Assembly (NCBI GenBank): GCA_000182565.2
Contig: KQ257472.1
Source: Spizellomyces punctatus DAOM BR117
Taxonomy: Eukaryota
DNA: 64,000 bases
Reading direction: 5' to 3' (one strand)
A program made the position numbers and the translations under genes. The notes beneath the pieces were generated by a model, which was not told the DNA's origin, made no database searches, and was given only the letters and a program-made list of their open reading frames with translations. The stretch's first letter is position 1. Each line of letters opens with the position of its first letter. Shown here in pieces: positions 1 to 10,603 of the stretch.

Positions 1-41
1 AGTTATGATCGAGGCATCGGCACTGACGGTTTTCCTACTCA

Positions 42-239
42 TTATAGACTACTTTTAACATGCTCGATAAATACACTAAATGCATTGCAACACTTTCTAA
101 CCATTAAATAATGCTTTCTCCACATGTACTCAGCAAAATATCCACCAATATCTGCTCTTCCAGTCTTAGGAATGCTTATTTTTATAGCATTCCAAGTAGA
201 TTCAATTCTTTGACTGTGTACACCTATATCTGGGTTAAT
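42..239 (-). pseudogene. C-terminal remnant of a Merlin/IS1595 (ISXO2-like) DDE transposase
   Basis: Manual minus-strand translation (not in the ORF track): INPDIGVHSQRIESTWNAIK...GGYFAEYMWRKHY...NAFSVFIEHVKSSL*. This fits the Merlin/IS1016 C-terminal pattern DP.TG.HT..IES.W...K...Y..E..WR. Truncated at ~239 by copia sequence. Confidence 0.75.
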
Positions 240-1851
240 GGAGTGATGCTGGAAGGCCTCTGAGTCTCTTGAACTGTAGCAAGCCCTTCTTGGTTGTCCA
301 AGAACAAAGGCTCCCCTCCCAGAGGAATCTCAAGCTTGCTGTCTTGCTGTGGTACACTCTGCTCCCATTCCTGAGTGCTCCACATGAAGTTTCCATCAAA
401 GATGACATCCATTGAGATAATAACTTGGCTCATTTCAGGTACCCACAGTCTGTAGGCCTTACTCTGGGTACTGTAGCTGACCATGACTGCCTTCTTGGCC
501 TTCTCATCAAGTTTTGACCGCTTTTCCTTTGGAATATGAGTGTAGGCCATGCAGCCAAACACTCTGAGGTGCTGGAGATCTGGTTTACCGCCTGTAAACT
601 CTTGAAATGGTGTTGATTGGTTGCTGAGTGCTGCAGTGGGGCTCCTGTTCCTGAGATAGACCACTGTCATGATTGCCTCGCCCCAGAACTTGTAGCTGAG
701 TCCACTGTGGTGCAGCATGCACCTTCCCATTTCCACCAGCATCCTGTTCATCCTCTCAGCAACACCATTCTGCTCTGGTGTGTAGGGGGTGCTGAATTGC
801 TGCTGAATTCCCTTCTGTTTGCAGAATTTCTTGAATTCTTCACCCACATACTCTTCCCCATTGTCTGATCTGAGAGTTTTGATCTTCTGCCCCGTGAAGT
901 TGGTTGCCCAGGCCTCAAACTCCTTGAATTTGCTGAGAACCTCACTCTTCTCCTTCAGAAGATAAACTGCCATCATCCTTGACTTGTCATCAATGAATGT
1001 GACAAAGTACTTTGCTCCACCATGACTTGGTGTCTTCATGAGCCCACACACATCACTGTGAACCACCCCCAGCAATAGAGCCACTCTAGCTGCTTCTCCC
1101 TTTGGAAAGGGATGCCTGGTGATCTTTCCAATGGCACAGGCTTCACATGGTGATGTTTCTGTGTGATTCTTGACCTCCAGACCGCTTCCCAGCTGGTTCC
1201 TAGCCAAGATTTTGATGCTGTTGACATTCAGGTGTCCTAACCTGCGATGCCAGAGGTCCAAACTCATTCCAGAGGCTATGTTTGCATGTTCTCTTGCATG
1301 AAACATGTATAGACCGCCCCCTAGAGTTCCCTGGATTGCTTCCTGGCCATCTGAAGTCTTGATACAGCATCCCTTGCTGCCAAACTCAACTTTGGCACCA
1401 TTTTCAGTGGCTCTTCTTACTGAAAACAAGTTCTTTTCAAGCTTGGGAACAAACCACACGTCTCTGAGGGTACAGAATCGGTTTCTGCCTGTCTCAAGTG
1501 TGATCTGGCCCTTCCCTATTGCCTGAACTGTTCTGTTGTCCGCCAGATGGACTTGAATTGGTGACATCTCCGTGTAATTGGTCATCCAATCCTTCCTATG
1601 TGACATGTGCTGTGAGGCACCCGAGTCCACAATCCACCAGACTGCTCCCTGAGAGGTTTTGGTGTCATCTCCCAACTGAGCAAAGAATAGGAATTCATTC
1701 TGAGTTGCCTGACTGGTGCTGGCTTGATTGGCTTGTTGTTTGGTGTCCGCCAGAAACTTCCTGCAGTCCTTCTTGAAGTGACCTTTCTTGTTGCAATAGA
1801 AGCACTTCCCTGCTATCTTCTTGGTCCCACCATGCTTGCCAACCTTCTGCC
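240..1851 (-). mobile_element. Copia-A internal fragment (zinc knuckle, protease, integrase; no RT)
   Basis: ORF 224-1876 has CFYCNKKGHFKKDC, WIVDSGAS, WHRRLGH...CEAC and the rve core. Joined directly to LTR 1852-2364 on one side and to Merlin sequence on the other. Confidence 0.95.
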
Positions 1852-2364
1852 TATTGAAACTTAGCGCTTGGAACACTGATTTCCCGTGTAGAAATCACTT
1901 CTGAAAGACCTAGTAATGCCTGTGGCCGCTAGTAAGACTTCTGGGTGCAGTAACTTGTGGGATAACACGCTTGTATTAATCCAGAGATGTTCAAAAGTCC
2001 CCTTTATATAACCCAGTACATTCTCCAGCCTCCCTCCACCTTTGTTTACTGTTTACATGCTTCAGCCCACTTGTTTACATGCTCAGCCGTGCTCAGCAGT
2101 GCTCAGCAGCTTCAGCCATGCCTTGGCAAACATTACCTGAAGATCTAGATCATCACAAACCTTCCAGACCTTCTAAGAGTGCTTACATGATGATTTACCC
2201 CTTTAAATCATTCCCACACGCGTCTGTGATCATTCTGATTACTCTAAGTCCAATTCCCCACGTTGCAACTTAGCCAAATCAGATGTGAACTGTCTAATGA
2301 CATCCCAGCATGATCTCACATGATTTATAGATCATACAGCGTGGTTTAAGCCTGAATCTCAACA
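1852..2364 (-). repeat. Copia-A LTR (513 bp)
   Basis: Element-strand termini TGTTGAGATT...GTTTCAATA. Same haplotype as LTR 15865-16377. Confidence 0.95.
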
Positions 2365-5300
2365 CTCCCACTCAGTGAATCATCTGATTTCCGACAGAGA
2401 CCCATTTCACCACAAAGTTTAAGGTGCTTTGTCTTGGGTAGAGCCTTGGTGAGAATGTCAGCCATCATTTCTTCTGTCTGACAGTACTTGAGGCTGATTT
2501 TCTTGTCTTCTACTGCTTGTCTGATGAAGTGGTGCTGCACATCAATATGTTTGGTCCTTGCATGATGTGTTGGGTTGTTGGCAAGTGCTATGGCGCCCTG
2601 ATTGTCACCATACAATGTTGTAGGACCACTTTGCTGATGTCCTAGCTCGCCTAGAAGTGTTCTGAACCAGATAACTTCCTTGGTAGCTTGACAAAGAGCC
2701 ATGTACTCTGACTCTGTTGATGATAGAGCGACTGTAGGTTGCCTCTTGCTTTGCCAGCTGACTGTGCTGCTGCCAATCTTGACTAAGAAGCCAGTGGTAG
2801 ACTTCCTGAAGTCCAAATCACCGCCCCAATCTGCATCAGAGTATGCAGATAGCTCCCACTTGCTCTGAATGCCACCCAGTTGAAGTCCTAGGTCTGTGGT
2901 GCCATTCAGGTACCACATGATCCGTTTGACTGCTATCCAGTGCTGATGTGCGGGGTTGGAAAGGTACTGGCTGACTGATCCAACTGCCGCTGCTATGTCT
3001 GGTCTGGTGCCCAGCATTGCATAAATGAGACTTCCAACAGCACTTCTGAAAGGAACCCCATTCATTTCTTGCTGTTCTGCCTCAGTTTGTGGTGACATGG
3101 CCTTGGTGAGCTTCTGGCCATTCTCTAGTGGTGTGGCAACTGGTTTGCTGTTACTCATATTGAATTTCTGCAATGTTTGACTGAGGTACCGCTGTTGGGA
3201 GAGCCAGATTGACCTGTTGGCTCTGTCCCTGACCACTTGAATGCCGAGAAAATGCTCTAACTGGCCCATATCAGCCATCTTGAACCGCTTCTTGAGTTCT
3301 TCTTTGAGTTTTAACAACTCCTGGTCGTCCTTTGATGCCAGAATAAGGTCATCCACATATAGGATAAGGTGGATGCCCATCTTCTTGTTGATGTACAGCC
3401 CGTGGTCTGATTCACACCTTTCAAAGCCAAGTTCTTTGAGTTGCCCATCAATGACTTTGTTCCAGGCTCTTGGAGCTTGCTTTAGCCCGTACAAACTCTT
3501 CTTCAGCTTGCAGACAAGCCCATTTGCCATGGTGAAGCCTTCTGGTTGGTCCATGTAGATGTCCTCCTCAATGGTCCCATTCAAGAATGCTGTTTTGACA
3601 TCCATTTGGTGAATCTCCATGTCCTTCATGGCTGCTAGTGTCAGGACCATCCTGATGGTTGCAAACTTGACTACTGGGGCAAATGTCTCCTTGTAGTCCA
3701 GTCCTTCAACTTGGGAGTATCCTTTGGCTACCAGTCTGGCCTTGTAGCGCTCTACAGAGCCATCTGACTTGAGTTTCAGCTTGAAAACCCACTTGCAGCC
3801 AACTGTGGATCTTCCTGGTGGTAGTTTGACTAAGTCCCATGTCTGATTCTCCATCAGAGAGTCATATTCTGCTTTGACAGCTACCTCCCACTGTTTGGCA
3901 TCATGTCTGGTCCTAGCTTCGGCCAGAGTGCTGGGTTCTTCCTGTGGAACTTCCCCAATGGTGAAGGCAAAAGCCAGATTTGACTGAGTTGGCTTTGCAA
4001 TCCACCACTCTCCCGGTGGTTTGTGAAATCTGGCACTCTTCCTGCTGAGTTCTGGCACTTCCTCAGCATCCTGGAAGTCGTCCCCATCATCTTCTGATGC
4101 TGAAGAGTTGTCTGGAGTGATGCTGGATGGTCTCTGAGTCTCTTCAACCATCCCTAGCCCTTCTTGGTTGTCCAAGAATGAAGGCTCCCCTCCCAGAGGC
4201 ATCTGTAGCTCTTGGTCTTGCTGTGGTACACTCTGCAGTCGCTGCTGAGTGCTCCACATCAAGTTTTCATCAAAGATGACATCCCTTGACATGACAACTT
4301 GGTTCATTTCAGGTACCCACAGTCTGTAGGCCTTACTCTGAGTGCTGTAGCCGACCATGACTGCCTTCTTGGCCTTCTCATCAAGTTTTGACCGCTTTTC
4401 CTTTGGAATATGAGTGTAGGCCATGCAGCCAAACACTCTGAGGTGCTGGAGATCTGGTTTACCGCCTGTAAACTCTTGAAATGGTGTTGATTGGTTGCTG
4501 AGTGCTGCAGTGGGGCTCCTGTTCCTGAGATAGACCACTGTCATGATTGCCTCGCCCCAGAACTTGTAGCTGAGTCCACTGTGGTGCAGCATGCACCTTC
4601 CCATTTCCACCAGCATCCTGTTCATCCTCTCAGCAACACCATTCTGCTCTGGTGTGTAGGGGGTGCTGAATTGCTGCTGAATTCCCTTCTGTTTGCAGAA
4701 TTTCTTGAATTCTTCACCCACATACTCTTCCCCATTGTCTGATCTGAGAGTTTTGATCTTCTGCCCCGTGAAGTTGGTTGCCCAGGCCTCAAACTCCTTG
4801 AATTTGCTGAGAACCTCACTCTTCTCCTTCAGAAGATAAACTGCCATCATCCTTGACTTGTCATCAATGAATGTGACAAAGTACTTTGCTCCACCATGAC
4901 TTGGTGTCTTCATGAGCCCACACACATCACTGTGAACCACCCCCAGCAATAGAGCCACTCTAGCTGCTTCTCCCTTTGGAAAGGGATGCCTGGTGATCTT
5001 TCCAATGGCACAGGCTTCACATGGTGATGTTTCTGTGTGATTCTTGACCTCCAGACCGCTTCCCAGCTGGTTCCTAGCCAAGATTTTGATGCTGTTGACA
5101 TTCAGGTGTCCTAACCTGCGATGCCAGAGGTCCAAACTCATTCCAGAGGCTATGTTTGCATGTTCTCTTGCATGAAACATGTATAGACCGCCGCCTAGAG
5201 TTCCCTGGATTGCTTCCTGGCCATCTGAAGTCTTGATACAGCATCCCTTGCTGCCAAACTCAACTTTGGCACCATTTTCAGTGGCTCTTCTTACTGAAAA

Positions 5301-6350
5301 CAAGTTCTTTTCAAGCTTGGGAACAAACCACACATCTCTGAGGGTACAGAATCGGTTTCTGCCTGTCTCAAGTGTGATCTGGCCCTTCCCTATTGCCTGA
5401 ACTGTTCTGTTGTCCGCCAGATGGACTTGAATTGGTGACATCTCCGTGTAATTGGTCATCCAATCCTTCCTATGTGACATGTGCTGTGAGGCACCCGAGT
5501 CCACAATCCACCAGACTGCTCCCTGAGAGGTTTTGGTGTCATCTCCTGACTGAGCAAAGAATAGGAACTCATTCTGAGTTGCCTGACTGGTGCTGGCTTG
5601 ATTGGCTTGTTGTTTAGTGTCTGCCAGAAACTTCCTGCAGTCCTTCTTGAAGTGACCCTTCTTGTTGCAATAGAAGCACTTCCCTGCTATCTTCTTGGTC
5701 CCACCATGCTTGCCAACCTTCTGCCTGCCATCCCTGCTGAAAAAGGCCTTCCCTTTGCTATCTCCTTCACCCCCAGCTTCCTTCCTGCGTGTTTCTTCAT
5801 GCAAAAGCCATGATGTGAGGAATTCCAGCGTCAGAGAATCACTCCTGGCCTCCAAAGACACCACCAGCTGTTCATAACTCTCTGGTAGGCTGTAGAGTAG
5901 GGTGATGACTTGGTCTTCTTCACTGACTGGCGCCCCAATGGCCGCCAACTGCTGACCCATTGTCCTGACCATGTTTATGTGTCCCAGCATGCCCCCAGTG
6001 CCATCTTCCATCTTCAGAGTGAGAAATTTCCTCCTTAGATAGAGCCTACTGGCAATTCCCTTCCTTTGGTGGATGTCACTGAGCTTTAACCAGGCCTCCT
6101 TTGCAGTTACAGCGGTCTGTACATGCATGAGTTGGGCATCACTCAGTGACAGAGTAATTACAGCCATTGCCCGCTCATCCCTTCTCCTCCAATCCTTCTC
6201 AGAGGTTCCCTCCATGCTCTCATCCCCCTCAATCACACCCCACAGCCCCTTTTCCTTCAGCAACATCGTCATTTTGAACTTCCAGAGGTGGTAGTTGATG
6301 CCATTGAACGTTTCCATCGTGAGTTTGGTGTCCAAGTCTGTGTTTGACAT
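2346..6350 (-). CDS. Copia-A Gag-Pol polyprotein (Gag, CCHC knuckle, PR, IN, RT, RNase H), 1334 aa, uninterrupted
   Basis: Copia domain order with motifs DSGAS, HSDVCG, QMDVKTAFLNG, YVDD, YSDADW, TKHIDV. The stop codon lies inside the 3' LTR. Confidence 0.97.
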   Translation of the reverse strand: MSNTDLDTKLTMETFNGINYHLWKFKMTMLLKEKGLWGVIEGDESMEGTSEKDWRRRDERAMAVITLSLSDAQLMHVQTAVTAKEAWLKLSDIHQRKGIASRLYLRRKFLTLKMEDGTGGMLGHINMVRTMGQQLAAIGAPVSEEDQVITLLYSLPESYEQLVVSLEARSDSLTLEFLTSWLLHEETRRKEAGGEGDSKGKAFFSRDGRQKVGKHGGTKKIAGKCFYCNKKGHFKKDCRKFLADTKQQANQASTSQATQNEFLFFAQSGDDTKTSQGAVWWIVDSGASQHMSHRKDWMTNYTEMSPIQVHLADNRTVQAIGKGQITLETGRNRFCTLRDVWFVPKLEKNLFSVRRATENGAKVEFGSKGCCIKTSDGQEAIQGTLGGGLYMFHAREHANIASGMSLDLWHRRLGHLNVNSIKILARNQLGSGLEVKNHTETSPCEACAIGKITRHPFPKGEAARVALLLGVVHSDVCGLMKTPSHGGAKYFVTFIDDKSRMMAVYLLKEKSEVLSKFKEFEAWATNFTGQKIKTLRSDNGEEYVGEEFKKFCKQKGIQQQFSTPYTPEQNGVAERMNRMLVEMGRCMLHHSGLSYKFWGEAIMTVVYLRNRSPTAALSNQSTPFQEFTGGKPDLQHLRVFGCMAYTHIPKEKRSKLDEKAKKAVMVGYSTQSKAYRLWVPEMNQVVMSRDVIFDENLMWSTQQRLQSVPQQDQELQMPLGGEPSFLDNQEGLGMVEETQRPSSITPDNSSASEDDGDDFQDAEEVPELSRKSARFHKPPGEWWIAKPTQSNLAFAFTIGEVPQEEPSTLAEARTRHDAKQWEVAVKAEYDSLMENQTWDLVKLPPGRSTVGCKWVFKLKLKSDGSVERYKARLVAKGYSQVEGLDYKETFAPVVKFATIRMVLTLAAMKDMEIHQMDVKTAFLNGTIEEDIYMDQPEGFTMANGLVCKLKKSLYGLKQAPRAWNKVIDGQLKELGFERCESDHGLYINKKMGIHLILYVDDLILASKDDQELLKLKEELKKRFKMADMGQLEHFLGIQVVRDRANRSIWLSQQRYLSQTLQKFNMSNSKPVATPLENGQKLTKAMSPQTEAEQQEMNGVPFRSAVGSLIYAMLGTRPDIAAAVGSVSQYLSNPAHQHWIAVKRIMWYLNGTTDLGLQLGGIQSKWELSAYSDADWGGDLDFRKSTTGFLVKIGSSTVSWQSKRQPTVALSSTESEYMALCQATKEVIWFRTLLGELGHQQSGPTTLYGDNQGAIALANNPTHHARTKHIDVQHHFIRQAVEDKKISLKYCQTEEMMADILTKALPKTKHLKLCGEMGLCRKSDDSLSGSVEIQA

Positions 6351-6515
6351 GTCTGAGCTGATTTGGTGAGTGGATTTGTTGTTGGGGAAGAGGTGAAATC
6401 ATCCTGGTATGGTAGGTGGTCCAAATATGAGGTTGGGAAGAAGATAGGTCTGTCAGGAAGATGGTGTGGCTGTCAGGAAAGAGATTTGAAGCAGGAAAAT
6501 ATCAGTGACAGCTAT

Positions 6516-6529
6516 CAGGGCTCATAACC
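6516..6529 (-). promoter_or_regulatory. Primer-binding site GGTTATGAGCCCTG (half tRNA-iMet type); also at 9009-9022 and 11116-11129 (+) and 38331-38344 (-)
   Basis: Reverse complement of CAGGGCUCAUAACC, the anticodon arm of fungal initiator tRNA-Met. This is the priming mode of yeast Ty5 and Drosophila copia. Confidence 0.85.
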
Positions 6530-7041
6530 TATTGAAACTTAGCGCTTGGAACACTGATTTCCTGTGTAGAAATCACTTCTGAAAGGCCTAGTAATGCCTG
6601 TGGCCGCTAGTAAGACTTCTGGGTGCAGTAACTTGTGGGATAACACACTTGTATTAATCCAGAGACATTCAAAAGCCCCCTTTATATAACCCAGTACATT
6701 CTCCAGCCTCGCTCCGCCTTTGTTTACTGTTTACATTTTTCAGCCCACTTGTTTACATGCTCAGCCGTGCTCAGCAGTGCTCAGCAGCTTCAGCCATGCC
6801 TTGGCAAACATTACCTGAAGATCTAGATCATCACAAACCTTCCAGACCTTCTAAGAGTGCTTACATGATGATTTACCCCTTTAAATCATTCCACACGCGT
6901 CTGTGATCATTCTGATTACTCTAAGTCCAATTCCCCACGTTGCAACTTAGCCAAATCAGATGTGAACTGTCTAATGACATCCCAGCATGATCTCACATGA
7001 TTTATAGATCATACAGCGTGGTTTAAGCCTGAATCTCAACA
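6530..7041 (-). repeat. Copia-A 5' LTR (512 bp)
   Basis: Abuts the PBS. Near-identical inverted copy at 8497-9008. Confidence 0.95.
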
Positions 7042-8437
7042 TCTGCAAGCCCTCAGGCAGAACAAGCTGTATGCCAACCCCAGCAAGTGCCAGTTCTTCA
7101 AGCAAGAAGTAGAGTTTCTTGGCCATGTAGTCTCACATGAAGGAGTCAAGCTTGACCCCAAGAAAGTGCAGACTGTTCAAGAATGGCCGACCCCCAAGAG
7201 TGTCACTGAAGTCAGACAGTTCATGGGACTAGTGAACTACTTCCATAGCTTTCTGAAGGACCTGGCAAAGCAAGCTGCACCATTGACAGACCTGTTGAGG
7301 AATGACAAGCCCTGGACCTGGTCTGAACCTCAGGAGAAAGCTTTTCAGCAGCTGAAGGATATGGTTACCAAAGCTCCTGTACTCAGACCCTTTGACCCAG
7401 CCTTGCCTACCACTGTCTTCCCTGATGCCTCAGGTTATGCAGTTGGTGCATGGCTTGGACAGGATGATGGGAAAGGCATGAGACCAGTTGCCTACCACTC
7501 CAGGAAGATGGCCCCAGCAGAGACCAGATATGACACCAGAGAACAAGAGCTGTTAGCCATCCATGATGCCCTCAGAGTTTGGAGGCCCTACTTGGAAGGA
7601 ACCCCCTTCAAAGTTATCTCAGACCACCAGTCCCTCAAGTGGCTACAGAACCAGCCCTTCTTGACCAGAAGACAAGCCAGATGGGTCATGAACTTCCAAT
7701 CTTTTGACTTTGAGATTGGTTATGGCCCAGGAAGACTCCACATAGTGGCAGACATCCTGTCTAGAAGACCAGACTTGGTCCCAAGATGCATCAAGTGCAA
7801 GGCCTTAGTGACAGCAGAGTTGAATGCTGTAACCCACACCACCAGCACCCTTCAACAGAGATTGAAGACCAGTACCATAGAAGATCCAGAACTGCAAGAG
7901 CTCATCCAAGCTTTGGATGACCCCAAGAGACCAGAAAATCAGCAACAAAGGCTCAAGTACCTCAGACATGAAGATGGGTTGCTCTACTTTCAAGATAGGA
8001 TCTTTGTCCCCAATGACCAAGACCTAAGGTTGAGCCTACTCCAAGAAACCCATGACACTCAGTATGCTGGACACTTTGGCATCACCAAGACCCATGATGC
8101 CCTAGCAAGGCATTACTACTGGCCAAGGATGTACAAGGACATTAAGAAGTATGTCAAGTCTTGTGATTCCTGCCAGAGAAGCAACCCTGGTCAGCAACCA
8201 CCAGCAGGCTTGCTGCAGCCCCTCCCAGTACCTAAGACCAGATGGAGCCAGATCTCCATTGACCTGATCCCTGACCTACCTATGACTTCCTCTGATCACA
8301 ATGCCATCTTTGTCATTGTTGACAGATTGTCAAAGAGAGGCCACTTCATCCCTACCACCAGCAGAGCCTCAGCCAAGAACCTGGCCCTGCTCTTCTTGAA
8401 GCACATCTTCAAGCACCATGGCCTCCCAGAAGTGATT
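7042..8437 (+). mobile_element. Gypsy-B pol fragment (end of RT, RNase H, integrase N-terminus)
   Basis: Homologous to the minus-strand Gypsy-B pol (~19,760-21,155). Motifs PDASGYAVGA, GHFG...CDSCQ, ISIDLI. Bounded by Copia-A on both sides. Confidence 0.93.
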
Positions 8438-10603
8438 CTTAAACTTTGTGGTAAAATGGGTCTCTGTCGGAAATCAGATGATTCACTGAGTGGGAGTGTT
8501 GAGATTCAGGCTTAAACCACGCTGTATTTTCTATAAATCATGTGAGATCATGCTGGGATGTCATTAGACAGTTCACATCTGATTTGGCTAAGTTACAACG
8601 TGGGGAATTGGACTTAGAGTAATCAGAATGATCACAGACGCGTGTGGAATGATTTAAAGGGGTAAATCATCATGTAAGCACTCTTAGAAGGTCTGGAAGG
8701 TTTGTGATGATCTAGATCTTCAGGTAATGTTTGCCAAGGCATGGCTGAAGCTGCTGAGCACTGCTGAGCACGGCTGAGCATGTAAACAAGTGGGCTGAAA
8801 AATGTAAACAGTAAACAAAGGCGGAGCGAGGCTGGAGAATGTACTGGGTTATATAAAGGGGGCTTTTGAATGTCTCTGGATTAATACAAGTGTGTTATCC
8901 CACAAGTTACTGCACCCAGAAGTCTTACTAGCGGCCACAGGCATTACTAGGCCTTTCAGAAGTGATTTCTACACAGGAAATCAGTGTTCCAAGCGCTAAG
9001 TTTCAATAGGTTATGAGCCCTGATAGCTGTCACTGATATTTTCCTGCTTCAAATCTCTTTTCTGACAGCCACACCATCTTCCTGACGGACCTATCTTCTT
9101 CCCAACCTCATATTTGGACCACCTACCATACCAGGATGATTTCACCTCTTCCCCAACAACAAATCCACTCACCAAATCAGCTCAGACATGTCAAACACGG
9201 ACTTGGACACCAAACTCACGATGGAAAAGTTCAATGGCGTGAACTACCACCTCTGGAAGTTCAAAATGACGATGTTGCTGAAGGAAAAGGGGCTGTGGGG
9301 TGTGATTGAGGGGGATGAGAGCATGGAGGGAACCTCTGAGAAGGATTGGAGGAGAAGGGATGAGTGGGCAATGGCTGTAATTACTCTGTCACTGAGTGAT
9401 GCCCAACTCATGCATGTACAGACCGCTGTAACTGCAAAGGAGGCCTGGTTAAAGCTCAGTGACATCCACCAAAGGAAGGGAATTGCCAGTAGGCTCTATC
9501 TAAGGAGGAAATTTCTCACTCTGAAGATGGAAGATGGCACTGGGGGCATGCTGGGACACATAAACATGGTCAGGACAATGGGTCAGCAGTTGGAGGCCAT
9601 TGGGGCGCCAGTCAGTGAAGAAGACCAAGTCATCACCCTACTCTACAGCCTACCAGAGAGTTATGAACAGCTGGTGGTGTCTTTGGAGGCCAGGAGTGAT
9701 TCTCTGATGCTGGAATTCCTCACATCATGGCTTTTGCATGAAGAAACACGCAGGAAGGAAGCTGGGGGTGAAGGAGATAGCAAAGGGAAGGCCTTTTTCA
9801 GCAGGGATGGCGGGCAGAAGGTTGGCAAGCATGGTGGGACCAAGAAGATAGCAGGGAAGTGCTTCTATTGCAACAAGAAGGGTCACTTCAAGAAGGACTG
9901 CAGGAAGTTTCTGGCGGACACTAAACAACAAGCCAATCAAGCCAGCACCAGTCAGGCAACTCAGAATGAGTTCCTATTCTTTGCTCAGTCAGGAGATGAC
10001 ACCAAAACCTCTCAGGGAGCAGTCTGGTGGATTGTGGACTCGGGTGCCTCACAGCACATGTCACATAGGAAGGATTGGATGACCAATTACACGGAGATGT
10101 CACCAATTCAAGTCCATCTGGCGGACAACAGAACAGTTCAGGCAATAGGGAAGGGCCAGATCACACTTGAGACAGGCAGAAACCGATTCTGTACCCTCAG
10201 AGATGTGTGGTTTGTTCCCAAGCTTGAAAAGAACTTGTTTTCAGTAAGAAGAGCCACTGAAAATGGTGCCAAAGTTGAGTTTGGCAGCAAGGGATGCTGT
10301 ATCAAGACTTCAGATGGCCAGGAAGCAATCCAGGGAACTCTAGGGGGCGGTCTATACATGTTTCATGCAAGAGAACATGCAAACATAGCCTCTGGAATGA
10401 GTTTGGACCTCTGGCATCGCAGGTTAGGACACCTGAATGTCAACAGCATCAAAATCTTGGCTAGGAACCAGCTGGGAAGCGGTCTGGAGGTCAAGAATCA
10501 CACAGAAACATCACCATGTGAAGCCTGTGCCATTGGAAAGATCACCAGGCATCCCTTTCCAAAGGGAGAAGCAGCTAGAGTGGCTCTATTGCTGGGGGTG
10601 GTT
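8438..10603 (+). mobile_element. Copia-A copy 2: 59-bp 3' end with PPT, shared LTR 8497-9008, PBS, gag-PR-IN N-terminus truncated at 10603
   Basis: ORF 9188-10609 ends where the next LTR (TGTTGAG at 10604) interrupts LLGVV|HSD. Confidence 0.93.

Larger units (their letters stand above)
1852..7041 (-). mobile_element. Copia-A full-length Ty1/copia LTR retrotransposon (copy 1)
   Basis: Two ~512-bp LTRs (1852-2364, 6530-7041), PBS 6516-6529, PPT GAGTGGGAG next to the 3' LTR, single gag-pol ORF. No matching TSD: the flanks are copia gag and gypsy RT. Confidence 0.97.

Noticed and set aside
1846-7046. TCTGC on both sides of Copia-A copy 1 as a TSD
   Set aside because: The left copy is offset by one base and the two flanks belong to different elements (copia gag, gypsy RT), so it is coincidental.
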